Source: Candidatus Poribacteria bacterium
GTDB taxonomy: Bacteria > Poribacteria > WGA-4E > PCPOR2b
Reading direction: 5' to 3'
NCBI GenBank assembly: GCA_965198175.1
Contig: OZ240245.1
Span: 1,472,001-1,536,000 of the forward strand
Length of the DNA: 64,000 bases
Both the position numbers and the translations under genes were made by a program. Shown in pieces: positions 19,743 through 30,800 of the stretch. The notes beneath the pieces are model-generated. The model was not told where the DNA came from, searched no databases, and saw only the letters and a list, made by a program, of their open reading frames with translations. Within the stretch, counting starts at the first letter, position 1. Every line of letters begins with the position of its first letter.

Positions 19743-21131
19743 ATGTCTGATCGTTTTGTCCAACGCGTATATAACTTTATCTTAGAACACCACATGATTA
19801 AACCAGAGGAACTTGTACTTGTGGGAGTCTCCGGTGGAGTGGATTCACTCGCTCTTCTCTATTGCTTGCACGCATTACGGCACCAGTTCAACTGTTCTCT
19901 CTATGTTGCGCATTTAGACCATGGCATTCGTCCAGATTCGGCTGCGGATGCCGAGTTTGTCCGTAAACAGGCCCACCAACTGAATTTACCAATCTCCGTT
20001 GAAAGGATTGACGTGCCGCAACTGATAAGGCATCACAAACTCTCAGCGGAGACGGCAGCTCGGAACGCACGGTATTGCTATTATGAAAGCGTTTCTAAAC
20101 GAGTTGGCGCAACGAAGGTTGCCTTGGGACATCATCGTGGCGATCAGGCGGAAACCGTCCTGATGCACTTGTTGCGCGGCGCGGGATCGACTGGATTAAA
20201 AGGCATGCTTCCGGTTCGAGACGGAAAATTCATCCGCCCCTTGCTCAATTTCTCAAGGCGGGAGATTGAAGGGTTCATAACGGAACTCGGCTTGCAACCA
20301 CGGAAGGATTCGACAAACCGTGAATCCAATTGCCTTCGTAATCGCATCCGTTTAGAGTTGATTCCACTGTTAGAACAATCGTACAATCCGAATCTCCAAA
20401 GTACATTAAACCAAACTGCTGAGTTGCTGCGCGTCGAATCAGATTACTTAGAGGAGATTGCTCGTGAAGCTATTGAAGAATGTCGTGTGAAATCCGATGC
20501 AGCTGATGAGGTTGTGTTGGATCGGCAAGCCTTCCTTCAACATCATCTTGCCGTGCGTCAACGCATCTTGCGTTGCGCCGTCGGGGAAATATCTGGTGAG
20601 ATAAGGAGTTTCTATTTTAATCACTTTGCGGGGATGTTAAAATTGATAGAGGGGGGATCGCCCAACGCATCGTTGAATTTACCCGACAATCTGCGGCTGC
20701 AACGCGCATATAATCAGCTAATTTTTCACAAATCGGTAACTGTTCCTGCCAAGTTTGAATACGAAATTGCTGCGCCGGGTTCTACGAACCTTCCGTTGTT
20801 AAACGCACGGATGGTTGCCACCGTTGAGGTGTCCCAACCCGCGAGGTTGCCTGACGGCAGATTTCAAGCGGTTTTCGATTTTCTCCAATTTCCTCTTAAA
20901 ATTCGCAACCGACGGGACGGCGATCGATTTCAACCGTTTGGGATGAAAGGCAGCAAAAAGGTTAAAGATTTTCTCATTGATTCGAAAGTTCCTCGCCATG
21001 AACGAGATCGAGTTCCAATTCTCGTGAGTGGTGATGAAATCGTGTGGGTTGTAGGATATCGGACGAGTGAGCGGTTCAAGGTCAGAAGCGAGACAAATCG
21101 TTGCCTCTCTCTGGCTTATGTGCCTTATTAG
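19743..21131 (+). CDS. tilS: tRNA(Ile)-lysidine synthetase
   Basis: SGGVDS PP-loop, HLDHGIR, HHRGDQAET, RNRIR, C-terminal RRDGDRF..KKVKD. Confidence 0.96.
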   Translation: MSDRFVQRVYNFILEHHMIKPEELVLVGVSGGVDSLALLYCLHALRHQFNCSLYVAHLDHGIRPDSAADAEFVRKQAHQLNLPISVERIDVPQLIRHHKLSAETAARNARYCYYESVSKRVGATKVALGHHRGDQAETVLMHLLRGAGSTGLKGMLPVRDGKFIRPLLNFSRREIEGFITELGLQPRKDSTNRESNCLRNRIRLELIPLLEQSYNPNLQSTLNQTAELLRVESDYLEEIAREAIEECRVKSDAADEVVLDRQAFLQHHLAVRQRILRCAVGEISGEIRSFYFNHFAGMLKLIEGGSPNASLNLPDNLRLQRAYNQLIFHKSVTVPAKFEYEIAAPGSTNLPLLNARMVATVEVSQPARLPDGRFQAVFDFLQFPLKIRNRRDGDRFQPFGMKGSKKVKDFLIDSKVPRHERDRVPILVSGDEIVWVVGYRTSERFKVRSETNRCLSLAYVPY

Positions 21132-21207
21132 GGATACGCAGATTAAGTAGATGTCTGCACCAGGAGCCACTAAAACGCATATGCACGAACAAGGATAGCC
21201 AACAGCG

Positions 21208-21774
21208 ATGAAATCCCAGACTCAATCGATTCTAATAACGGAATCACAAATTGGACAGCGAGTTCGTGAATTGGGGAGGGAAATCTCCGAAGATTACACA
21301 AATTGCGACCTTGTACTTCTCGGCGTGCTCAAAGGCGGCGTCGTGTTCCTGACAGACCTCATGCGCGCGATTTCTATCCCCGTTCGCTGTGAATTTGTCC
21401 AAATAGCGAGTTATGGTGCTAGGAGTGTCTCGTCAGGGAATGTTCAAGTCATCCACAACATAAAGGGCGATCTCCGCTCCGCAGATGTTCTCGTCGTAGA
21501 GGACATCGTTGATACCGGACACTCCTTGAACTTTCTTATGAATTATGTTAGTACGCTGCAACCTGCGAGCGTAAAGGTGTGCAGTTTACTCGATAAGCCT
21601 GTGCGGCGAGCGGTGCCAATTACAATCGACTATGTCGGTTTTGAAATCGCTGATGTTTTTGTAATCGGATACGGTTTGGATTACAACCAGCAATATCGTA
21701 ATCTTCCGTATGTCGCTGTGTTCAATGATTCAGAATCAAGCGGCCAAACAGCTCATTGCCAACCATCTCTTTGA
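21208..21774 (+). CDS. hpt: Hypoxanthine phosphoribosyltransferase
   Basis: VLKGG, SY, VLVVEDIVDTG, FVIGYGLDY..YRNLPY. Confidence 0.96.
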   Translation: MKSQTQSILITESQIGQRVRELGREISEDYTNCDLVLLGVLKGGVVFLTDLMRAISIPVRCEFVQIASYGARSVSSGNVQVIHNIKGDLRSADVLVVEDIVDTGHSLNFLMNYVSTLQPASVKVCSLLDKPVRRAVPITIDYVGFEIADVFVIGYGLDYNQQYRNLPYVAVFNDSESSGQTAHCQPSL

Positions 21775-21818
21775 AGATCACAGCGTTGTGAATTAGTCGC
21801 AATTGGAGCCGTTTTTCG

Positions 21819-21847
21819 TTGACAGCGCATGAACCTGCTGATATGAT
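21819..21847 (+). promoter_or_regulatory. sigma70 promoter of the cytochrome c gene
   Basis: TTGACA-17 nt-TATGAT with extended TG. Confidence 0.7.
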
Positions 21848-21904
21848 AAAGTATTGACCGGCAAGTTGTTTTCAAAACTTCAAATTCATCAAAAGGAGAT
21901 GCTT

Positions 21905-22675
21905 ATGCGTAAAGTTGTTGGTGTTGGCTTAATTTCAATCTTGATTCTCTCGCTCGCAGCGTGGGCAAACGCAGAGATGTCCGAAAAAGCCAGGTTGGGT
22001 CGTGAACTCTTCTATGATCCATCATTCGGTGGAACGCTCGAACCCAAAAAAATTAGTGGACTCGCCTGTGCAAATTGCCACACTGATTTTGATGAAGAAG
22101 CAAATCCTGACGGAAAAATACGGGCGGGACACAGCATCATTGGTGTGCCGCAACGCGGTGAGGCAAAAGGTGGCATGATTAAGGGAGATATGTTCCGACG
22201 TGCTGCCGGCGGCGGTGGCTTCTGTTATCAGCATTTCTTACAGCGCATCCCCAGCGACAAGGTAGATCCTACTGCCATCCCAGAGGAACAAGCGGAAGCC
22301 TTGATGGCTTATTTTGAGCATGTTTCCGGAGATAACAAGGGGCCCCAATTCGAAATCCAAATGCTTGATAAAGAAGCGGCGGCGGAGGCGGCTGAAAAGA
22401 TCCTCGCGATGAAGGGTGACCCGAAGAAGGGATGGGTGCTTTTCAGCAGAGCCTGTAACGATTGCCATCCAACGGCTAAAAAAGCCGGGATTGGTACGCA
22501 GCTTGTCCGACCAAGACCACCTTCCAACATGAAAAAATGGGAGCACAATATCGCTGCTAAGGTTCGCGGCGGCGGCTATATTATGCCATTCTACGGTGAA
22601 GATCGATTGTCTGATCAAGACATTTCTGACATCGTGGCGTTTCTCGGGAAATTAGTCACTGAAAAGAAAAGATAA
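21905..22675 (+). CDS. Periplasmic diheme cytochrome c, TsdA/SoxA-like architecture
   Basis: Signal peptide; CANCH and CNDCH; extra Cys (GFCYQHF); MP..LSDQDISDIVAFL; AAGGAG RBS. Confidence 0.85.
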   Translation: MRKVVGVGLISILILSLAAWANAEMSEKARLGRELFYDPSFGGTLEPKKISGLACANCHTDFDEEANPDGKIRAGHSIIGVPQRGEAKGGMIKGDMFRRAAGGGGFCYQHFLQRIPSDKVDPTAIPEEQAEALMAYFEHVSGDNKGPQFEIQMLDKEAAAEAAEKILAMKGDPKKGWVLFSRACNDCHPTAKKAGIGTQLVRPRPPSNMKKWEHNIAAKVRGGGYIMPFYGEDRLSDQDISDIVAFLGKLVTEKKR

Positions 22676-22878
22676 GCGCAGTAATCCGCTTCACTACATG
22701 GTGTTCTACGATGTGAGGTTCACTTAGATGTCAAGCGGACCTGGAAATCTGTTAAGTTCCCACCCGGTTTTATTTCCCCCGCAATTCAAGATAGGAACAG
22801 TTAGACCTAGCAGCATTGTGTAGCTGCATCCTTGTCAACTCCATACGCTGTGGAAACGGTGCAACGGTTGTCACCGGT

Positions 22879-23805
22879 TCAATAGCCAAGCAGATTGATG
22901 CCTTCCTGATAGGTGTGAGCGGATGTGTGCAACGCCTGAAGTTCGTCGTCAGTCAGTTCAATTTCGATGATTTCCTCAACGCCGCCTGCACCTAATTTAA
23001 CTGGAACACCGATATACAGGTCGTTGATGCCGTACTGCCCGGTGAGATGAGTCGAGCAGGCTAGGATGCGCTTTTTGTCTCGGATAATCGCCTCTGCCAT
23101 TTGGGCGAGGGACGCGCCAGCCGCATAGTAACCGCTCGTTTTGAGGAGCTGGACTACCTCAGCACCGCCATCGCGCGTCCGTTGCGCAAGGGCTTCAATC
23201 CGATCTGCAGACATTAGCTGAGTGATTGGAATCCCCGCAACCGTCGTATAACGTGGTAGGGGTACCATTGTGTCGCCATGTCCTCCCAGTACAAATCCAG
23301 AAACATCTTCGACAGAAACGCCAAGTTCGATTGAAATGAAATAATGAAATCGTGCTGAATCGAGCACGCCCGCCTGCCCAACGACACGGTTGGATGGGAA
23401 GCCGGAAACCTTCCACGCATGATAAGTCATGATGTCCAATGGGTTCGTCAATATTATAATAGTGCAGTCGGGGGAATGCTTAACCGTGTTTTCCGTCGCG
23501 ATTTTAACGATGTTCGCGTTAATATGCAAAAGATCTTCGCGGCTCATCCCCGGCTTACGGGGCGAACCAGATGTAATGATGACGAGATCTGAACCCGCGG
23601 TCGGTTCATAATCCAACGATCCCGTTACGTTGGCATCAAAATTTTCAACAGGAGAGGCTTCTGACATGTCCAAGCCTTTTCCCTGTGGTAGCCCGTCAAC
23701 GATATCGACCATGACGACATCGCCAAGTTCCTTCTGGGCGATGAGAAATGCTGCTGTTGCTCCAACATTTCCCGCGCCAATGACACTGATTTTTTTTCTA
23801 GACAT
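22879..23805 (-). CDS. mdh: Malate dehydrogenase (LDH-like)
   Basis: GAGNVG, PRKPGMSREDL, LDSAR, GGHGD. Confidence 0.96.
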   Translation of the reverse strand: MSRKKISVIGAGNVGATAAFLIAQKELGDVVMVDIVDGLPQGKGLDMSEASPVENFDANVTGSLDYEPTAGSDLVIITSGSPRKPGMSREDLLHINANIVKIATENTVKHSPDCTIIILTNPLDIMTYHAWKVSGFPSNRVVGQAGVLDSARFHYFISIELGVSVEDVSGFVLGGHGDTMVPLPRYTTVAGIPITQLMSADRIEALAQRTRDGGAEVVQLLKTSGYYAAGASLAQMAEAIIRDKKRILACSTHLTGQYGINDLYIGVPVKLGAGGVEEIIEIELTDDELQALHTSAHTYQEGINLLGY

Positions 23806-23922
23806 TGGTTTCTCCTCTATTCTGAGACATGCCTATACAGCCCACGTACCCATAAAAACTCAATCAGCTGAGTGTACACCTAGCACACTGTCAGATAGTT
23901 TAGAACAGTTGTGTTATTCCAC

Positions 23923-23974
23923 TGTCGGAGGCACATCCGTGTCTCGATAATCGTGGCTGGGACGCGCTTTCTAC
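23923..23974. repeat. Degenerate GTAG-family REP-like doublet
   Basis: GTCGGAGGCACATCCGTGTCTCGAT..ATCGTGGCTGGGACGCGCTTTCTAC between icd and mdh. Confidence 0.45.
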
Positions 23975-23991
23975 AGATATTGTCGATTGTA

Positions 23992-25242
23992 CTAATTCGA
24001 AAAATTCTCGATTATCGCGGATGCGAACGCAGATGTGCGAATTGATGTTGCCCCTTCCATCAAACGAGCGAGGTCATAAGTCACGCGCTTTTGGATGATT
24101 GTCTTTTCAATCCCCTGAATAACGAGATCTGCAGCTTCTTGCCAACCGATGTGCTCAAGCATCATCGCTGCGGACAAGATGAGTGAAGTCGGATTCACGA
24201 CATCTTGATCCGTGTACTTGGGTGCAGTTCCGTGCGTTGCTTCAAAAAGCGTGGTCTCAGTACCGATATTGCCGCCCGGCGCCATACCAATGCCGCCAAC
24301 TTGGGCTGCACAAGCATCAGAGAGGTAATCCCCATTCAGATTCGGCGTAGCAATGACATCGTACTCATTGGTCCGCGTCAGAATCTGTTGTAGCATGCTA
24401 TCCGCAATTCGATCTTTAATAACAACCTTTCCTTCAGGGGCTTGTCCGTTGTATTGGCTGTAGACCTCATCTTCTGTGATTGTTTCATCCGCAAACTCTT
24501 CACTAGCGACTTCGTACCCCCAATCCCGAAAAGCACCTTCGGTGAATTTCATGATGTTACCTTTGTGAACAAAAGTGACGCTGCGGCGGTTGTGTTCGAT
24601 TGCATATTGAATCGCTTTTCGCGTCAGACGCTTCGTTCCGAAAATGCTGATCGGCTTAATTCCAATGCCCGAATCCGCACGAACCTCTGTGTCCATCTGC
24701 GTTCGGAGAAATTCAATCGCTTTCCTTGCTTCCGGGGTTCCTTGTGCCCACTCAATCCCAGCGTAGACATCTTCTGTATTCTCACGAAAGATGACGACAT
24801 CCATTTTTTCAGGGTGAGTTACAGGTGCGGGAACACCTTGAAAATAGCGCACCGGGCGAACACACGCATACAAATCCAACTCTTGACGGAGCGTCACATT
24901 TAAACTCCGAAAACCACCACCGACTGGTGTTGTGAGCGGTCCCTTCAAGGCAACTCGGAAAAACTCGATCGCTTTGAAGGTATCCGTGGGCAACCATTCC
25001 CCGTATTTCTCATTGGCAATCTCGCCAGCGTAAACATCAAACCATACAATCCGTCTATCGCTACCATAAGATACTTCCACGGCAGCATCAATGACCCGGC
25101 GTGTGGCTTTCATGATATCTCGACCAATACCATCCCCTTCAATTACGGGGGTGATTGGAAAATTGGGTACGACGAACCTGCCATTTTCTTTTTCGATTCT
25201 CTCACCTACTGTCGGTGGTGTGAGTTTATCAAATTCGATCAC
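23992..25242 (-). CDS. icd: NADP-dependent isocitrate dehydrogenase
   Basis: [56 protein letters not shown]. Confidence 0.97.
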   Translation of the reverse strand: MIEFDKLTPPTVGERIEKENGRFVVPNFPITPVIEGDGIGRDIMKATRRVIDAAVEVSYGSDRRIVWFDVYAGEIANEKYGEWLPTDTFKAIEFFRVALKGPLTTPVGGGFRSLNVTLRQELDLYACVRPVRYFQGVPAPVTHPEKMDVVIFRENTEDVYAGIEWAQGTPEARKAIEFLRTQMDTEVRADSGIGIKPISIFGTKRLTRKAIQYAIEHNRRSVTFVHKGNIMKFTEGAFRDWGYEVASEEFADETITEDEVYSQYNGQAPEGKVVIKDRIADSMLQQILTRTNEYDVIATPNLNGDYLSDACAAQVGGIGMAPGGNIGTETTLFEATHGTAPKYTDQDVVNPTSLILSAAMMLEHIGWQEAADLVIQGIEKTIIQKRVTYDLARLMEGATSIRTSAFASAIIENFSN

Positions 25243-25340
25243 TTTTCCTCCTCATCTATTGTGTTTATGGCCTTAGATAAATATTAAACTGAAAAACTCC
25301 CCTTTCCACTAAAAGTTCCGGTTCTTATGAGAGATGATTA

Positions 25341-26918
25341 TCATTGCGCCGCAAACGCATCTCGATGAGCAAGCCGGTTATGTATAGCGACAACCACATC
25401 GGGCACAGTCGTGTCTTCGCCGCGTGCGGGAATAACGCTAGGGTCCGGCGGGATAACGGGTCGAATAATTCTCTGCTGCAATTGTTCTCTGGCATCCATA
25501 ATCCAGCCAAACCCCCTAAATATGTAGGTCAGGAGTGTCCTGTCTTCTTCCTCAATTCCCATACCTTCCTGGACAGACCACCCGCCGAAATCGGTGTTTG
25601 GCGTTAGGCGGAGCGGCGGACTGTTTTCCTTCCCCGGCTTAATCACACCTTCGACGAAAGCAATTTGATAAATCCGTTGAACCATATTGAGTCTTTCTCT
25701 CTGGTTAGCGTTCAGTTCAATCTCTCCGCTATCTATAGCATGGAAAAAGGTTTCAAGGTAGATTGCTGCTCTTGGATCCTGCTGGATTTCGTTAGATCTA
25801 CCTGCCGCGGCGATTTCCGGGTGGCCGAACGTAGGCAATCCACCGCCTAGCAATCTGGTCTTGATGATTCCTTCGCGTTCTTCCGGGGGAGTTTGTTCAA
25901 GTTCGTTAATGAAATGGGTCATGTCGTGAATGGCGCCAAAATGTCGGGCGCCATCGAGGGTTATATGGGCTGCACTCAAAAAATCGGAAACATGCTCTGT
26001 ATGTAACGTTGTAGCGTATCGGGCAACCATGTTGGATCCGGCAGAGCCGTGATGCGTTTGTATCAGACCCATCTTCTCTAAGATTGCGCTTTCAGTATCA
26101 TTGGCATGATGTCCGATGAGCAGGCTATAAGCCGCTTGAAATGCGGTTTTGCCAGAATCCGCCATTGTGCTAATGAAATCGTCGGTTTGCCGTGCCAGTC
26201 CTTTCGAAGCTAGATCCGGAGTTTGTCTCAGAATACGACGCATATAGACAGAAATCGCCCCTATCGCAACATTTTCCATATGTGTGCCGATCATCTCGAC
26301 CAGCAGTGCGTTGGGATGTCGCTCATCGTCCACTCCCCGGTCCGGCATTTGGTTTTTCGTGTAATGTGCTTTCCGAAGCGTCGAAAAATGTTGAATGACT
26401 ACCTCGGGACCTGAGTTTGGAAATTTTCTCGCAAATTCCGAAACCTGATTTATCAACGGACTCCGACCCGCAACGCTATCTCGGATTATCCTGATCGATC
26501 TATAGAACTTGCGATTGAATAATGTTTGAAGCATCGCTTCTTCATCCAAACCATCCTCAGTTTTCTCCGGTTTTCGACCGAACAATCCAACGAAAATCAG
26601 GTGGGCGGGGCTGATGCTCCCGGCGACAATTTCACCTTCCTGAAGGACGCCGCGAATTCCGAAGCTCCGGATATTCAATATCATTTCCGATCCATCACAG
26701 TCAACAGGTGCCTGGTATAAAACCGGATTTGCGAACACCATAGTTGATTGCGGCATTGAGCCAAAATTCTTGAGACTTCCACCAATTTCCTGTTCGCCCA
26801 ATTGTGTCGCTTTTTGCATCGCATCCGTCACAGGACCATACGCAGAGGGCTTAGGATTCTCTGAAAGCGTCCTCCGTATTGATGCCGCCGATTTCGTCCA
26901 TAAGCTATGTTCTGCCAT
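25341..26918 (-). CDS. Divergent citrate-synthase-fold enzyme (citrate synthase or citryl-CoA lyase-like)
   Basis: HHGSAGS..AR, GARHFGA, PTFGHP, DPRA, PNTDF, RGFGWI, IIRP; lies upstream of icd-mdh; AAGGAG before ATG 26918. Confidence 0.75.
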   Translation of the reverse strand: MAEHSLWTKSAASIRRTLSENPKPSAYGPVTDAMQKATQLGEQEIGGSLKNFGSMPQSTMVFANPVLYQAPVDCDGSEMILNIRSFGIRGVLQEGEIVAGSISPAHLIFVGLFGRKPEKTEDGLDEEAMLQTLFNRKFYRSIRIIRDSVAGRSPLINQVSEFARKFPNSGPEVVIQHFSTLRKAHYTKNQMPDRGVDDERHPNALLVEMIGTHMENVAIGAISVYMRRILRQTPDLASKGLARQTDDFISTMADSGKTAFQAAYSLLIGHHANDTESAILEKMGLIQTHHGSAGSNMVARYATTLHTEHVSDFLSAAHITLDGARHFGAIHDMTHFINELEQTPPEEREGIIKTRLLGGGLPTFGHPEIAAAGRSNEIQQDPRAAIYLETFFHAIDSGEIELNANQRERLNMVQRIYQIAFVEGVIKPGKENSPPLRLTPNTDFGGWSVQEGMGIEEEDRTLLTYIFRGFGWIMDAREQLQQRIIRPVIPPDPSVIPARGEDTTVPDVVVAIHNRLAHRDAFAAQ

Positions 26919-27408
26919 AAAGAATCTCCTTAAAGCCTCATTCAAGTTGAATGGGTGTGATACTCCTGTCGATGTCCGAGATTGCTAAACCCGTACTTGC
27001 AAAGAAGGTGCAGAAGAACCTTCGCTCATTTAAAGAATCAAACCGTTTCAATAACTCTTAGGTGTACTATCCCATATTCCATACCTGTTATGATGCCTTT
27101 CGGATTTTCGACGTGGATCCGCTGCACAAAAGGATTCGTCTGTAGGAAAGGAAAAGAGAGAAAGGGCATAGTGGAAAATGAAAATCACTAGAGGTCATTC
27201 ACTGTCCCCTGCCCAAGTCGCTTAATGCAGGTCGAGTGCAAGTCGAAGGGAATAATACAAAAGTCTGCAATTTGGAGTGTGAAACGATTGAAAAATTGGG
27301 AAAAAAGGACTGGTGGAATCAGGTTGATCGTACTTTCGGAATGTCAATCCCTTATCCCAATGCTAACCCCATAGCCTGAAGTATTCCAGCGTCCTTAGGA
27401 TCAATTGT

Positions 27409-27437
27409 ATTTTAGCAAAGGCATCTTTGAAAGTCAA
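27409..27437 (-). promoter_or_regulatory. sigma70 promoter upstream of the citrate-synthase-like/icd/mdh cluster
   Basis: TTGACT-17 nt-TAAAAT with extended TG on - strand. Confidence 0.6.
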
Positions 27438-27745
27438 GACAAAACAAGGGAGAAAACCGTTATCATCATCTGTCCAAAGGCAAAAGCGTTCCTTGATACA
27501 ATAACATCATATATTCTCCCCCATCCCGATGTCTAAACATGTCAGAAGGATTGGTTACAGCCGGTGAGAATTTGAGGTAGGTGAATGTCCGAAAGCAGTT
27601 TATTCATCAATGAGGTAGCGATTATTTCAAATCGGTTACGGAAAGTATTTGGTCGCAAAGCAAATGAGGCTTGCCACACACATTGATTTTAAGCGGGCTC
27701 AGGAATTCCCAAAGCAGATTGATGAATTTTCGTGCTGATGTCTCC

Positions 27746-27782
27746 AAAAAAAAAGCCGGCAATCTCAATTGATTACCGGCTT
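27746..27782 (-). terminator. Rho-independent terminator after gltB
   Basis: GCCGGTAATC-loop-GATTGCCGGC followed by U9 on - strand. Confidence 0.88.
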
Positions 27783-27849
27783 CAGCATAGCACTATGTGG
27801 CAACGGGACCTTCATCTCTAGCGCGGCTCGCTTCCAGCACTGATGGCGG

Positions 27850-30800
27850 CTACATCGGAGACACCTTCCGGAAGATTGGCAAGTAAGTATCCCAATTAGA
27901 TAAGATTTCTTTAGCCCGTTTACTGCCGGTAAGTTCCGCGTGACGTTCAATCTCCGTCACAAGCACCGTGATATCCTTATTGTCAGTCACAGGTTCTAAT
28001 TTCACAGATTGTGGATTATGATTTTCAGGGAGATTTTGCTTTTCGTCAAGGACATAAGCACTTCCACCCGTCATTCCTGCTCCAAGATTGCGACCCGTCT
28101 CACCGAGGATGATGACCACCCCACCGGTCATGTATTCGCAGGCGTGGTCGCCAACTCCCTCTACGACAGCGCATCCACCGCTGTTACGAACGCAGAATCG
28201 CTCACCAGCCTGGCCAGCTGCATAGAGGAAACCGCTTGTGGCACCATACATGACAGTATTGCCGATAATAACATTTTCATGGGAACGGAATCGGGCGTTT
28301 GCCGGAGGCTTGATGACTAGCTCTGCACCGGCCATACCTTTGCCGACATAGTCGTTGGCTTCGCCTGTGAGGATGAGACGCATCCCTTTGATGCAAAACG
28401 CCCCAAAGCTCTGACCGGCGCTCCCTCGGAAATAGCACTCAATCGTACCATCCGGCAAGCCTTGATCGCCATACCGGAAGGCGATTTCACCCGCTACAGT
28501 TGTCCCGACGGTTCGGTGGATGTTGCGAATCTCATAGGAGAGGGTAATGGGATTTTCCCCGGTCAAAGCGTCTTTGGCGTCCTGCAAGATTAAATCGTCG
28601 AGATGTGAATCTTCAAGTCTATTATTCCGTTCCCTCATGTGACGACGTGGTCGATTCCCGGTCGGATCGGATTGCGCCAAAATTGGGCTCAGGTTGAGGG
28701 TCGCTGCTTTCGGATGATCAGACAGGTCGACCTGCTCTAGAAATTCCGGACACCCTGTCACCTCCTTTAAGCTACGGAAACCCAGTTGGGCAAGGATTTC
28801 CCGCACCTCTTGGGCAACGCCCACCATAAAGTTAATTACCATCTCTGGAGTGCCACGGAACTTTGCCCGGAGCGAAGGGTCTTGTGTGGCGACTCCTACG
28901 GGGCACGTATTAAGGTGACATTGACGTGCTACAATGCAACCCGTTGCGACCATGGCTGTTGTACCGAATCCGTACTCTTCAGCGCCGAGCATCGCCGCAA
29001 CGACCACATCGCGTCCGGTGCGGAATCCACCATCTACACGGAGTACGACCCGTCCCCTAAGATCATTGCGCACAAGAGTTTCTTGGGTTTCCGCAAGTCC
29101 AAGTTCCCAGGGAACGCCTGCGTTCTTAATGGAGCTAAGCGGAGAAGCGCCCGTTCCTCCTTCATGACCGCTAATCTGGATGACGTCGGCGTATCCTTTG
29201 GCGACACCGGCAGCAATTGTCCCAACACCAGCCTCCGACACGAGTTTCACGGCTATTTTGGCGCGCGGATTCGCGTGTTTCAGGTCGTAGATGAGTTGGG
29301 CGAGATCTTCTATCGAATAGATGTCGTGGTGGGGCGGCGGAGAAATCAGGGGAACACCGGGCGTTGAATGACGAATTGCAGCGATTTCTGCCGTGACTTT
29401 GTGTCCAGGAATCTGACCACCCTCGCCCGGCTTCGACCCTTGTGCCATCTTAATCTCTATTTCTTTGGCTGAAGTCAGATATTCAGGTGTGACTCCAAAT
29501 CGCCCTGAAGCCACCTGCTTGATTGCGCTGGAAGCCAGATCCCCATTGGAACGCCGATGATAACGGGCTGAATCTTCGCCACCTTCTCCGCTGCCTGACT
29601 TGGCACCGATTCGGTTCATGCCGATGGCAATTGTCTCATGTGCTTCTCGGCTTAAAGCCCCGAAGGACATGCTTCCAGTTGAGAAACGCTGAAGAATCGA
29701 TTCAATAGAATCTACCTCTTCAACAGGGATGGGTTTCCCTTCCTTAAAAGTCAGAAGCTCACGAAGACTTGATTGCTCTCCCTTCTCTACTGCTTCTGCG
29801 TATGTTTTGTAATCTTCGTACTCGCCGCTCTCCGCTAGTCGATGGAGTGCCTTAAAGACAGAAGGATTAAAAGCGTGAAATTCCCCCGTTCTGCGAAAGC
29901 GAAAAGCACCCGATTCCTCAAGCGAATCTTTGCTATTGAGACCGAAAGCCTTCGTATGGAAATGGAGTACTTCCATAGCAATATCTGTAAAACCGATACC
30001 GCCCAACGGCGAGACAGTGCCAGTGAAACAAGTATTGATGACATTACTGTTGAGTCCGATTGCCTGGAAGATCTGTGCCCCACGGTAACTCGAAACGGTC
30101 GAGATTCCCATCTTCGACATAATCTTGAGAATGCCTTTCTCAACTGTCTGGCGGTAATTTGCCAACGCTTCCTCCAATGGGATGCCTTCAATTTCGCCTA
30201 TACTCACAAGATGAGCAATTGTTTCGAAAGCCACGTAAGGATTAATCGCGTTAGCACCATAACCGAGCAAAAGGGCGTAGTGATGTTCCTCTCGCGGTTC
30301 TCCGGTTTCCACCACCAGACTGGCCTGCATCCGCTTGCCTTCGCGAATAAGATGATGATGAACTGCCCCAACCGCTAGAAGCATGGGAATAGGTGCATGC
30401 TCTGCGTTCACGTCGCGATCGCTCAATATTAGGATGGTTACCCCGCTATCAACCGTAGACGCAGCTGTTTGACACAACTCCGTCAACGTTTTCTCTAACC
30501 CTTCCTTTCCCATTTCAACGGGGAAGAGGGTGGAAAGTGTGGTGGCTTGGAAATCGCGAGCATCAAAGTTTCTCAGCCACTGCAACTGTTCACGTGTTAG
30601 GATAGGGGAGGATAATTGAATCAATCGGGTGTGAGCTTCAGTCTCCTCAAGTAAACTCCGCCGCCGCCCTAGATAGGTCGAGAGAGACATCACGAGCCGC
30701 TCACGGAGCGAATCAATCGGAGGGTTGGTGACTTGCGCAAACAGTTGTTTGAAGTAGCTGTAAAGCAGCCGAGACTTTCGAGAGATAACTGCCGGGGGAG

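Noticed and set aside
19743..21774. tilS-hpt without the usual downstream ftsH
   Set aside because: Common rearrangement; not informative by itself.
27783..27849. GGAAG..GAAGG stretch between the gltB stop and terminator, resembling a glutamine or fluoride riboswitch
   Set aside because: The required stems do not form, and it lies in a 3' UTR or on the wrong strand.
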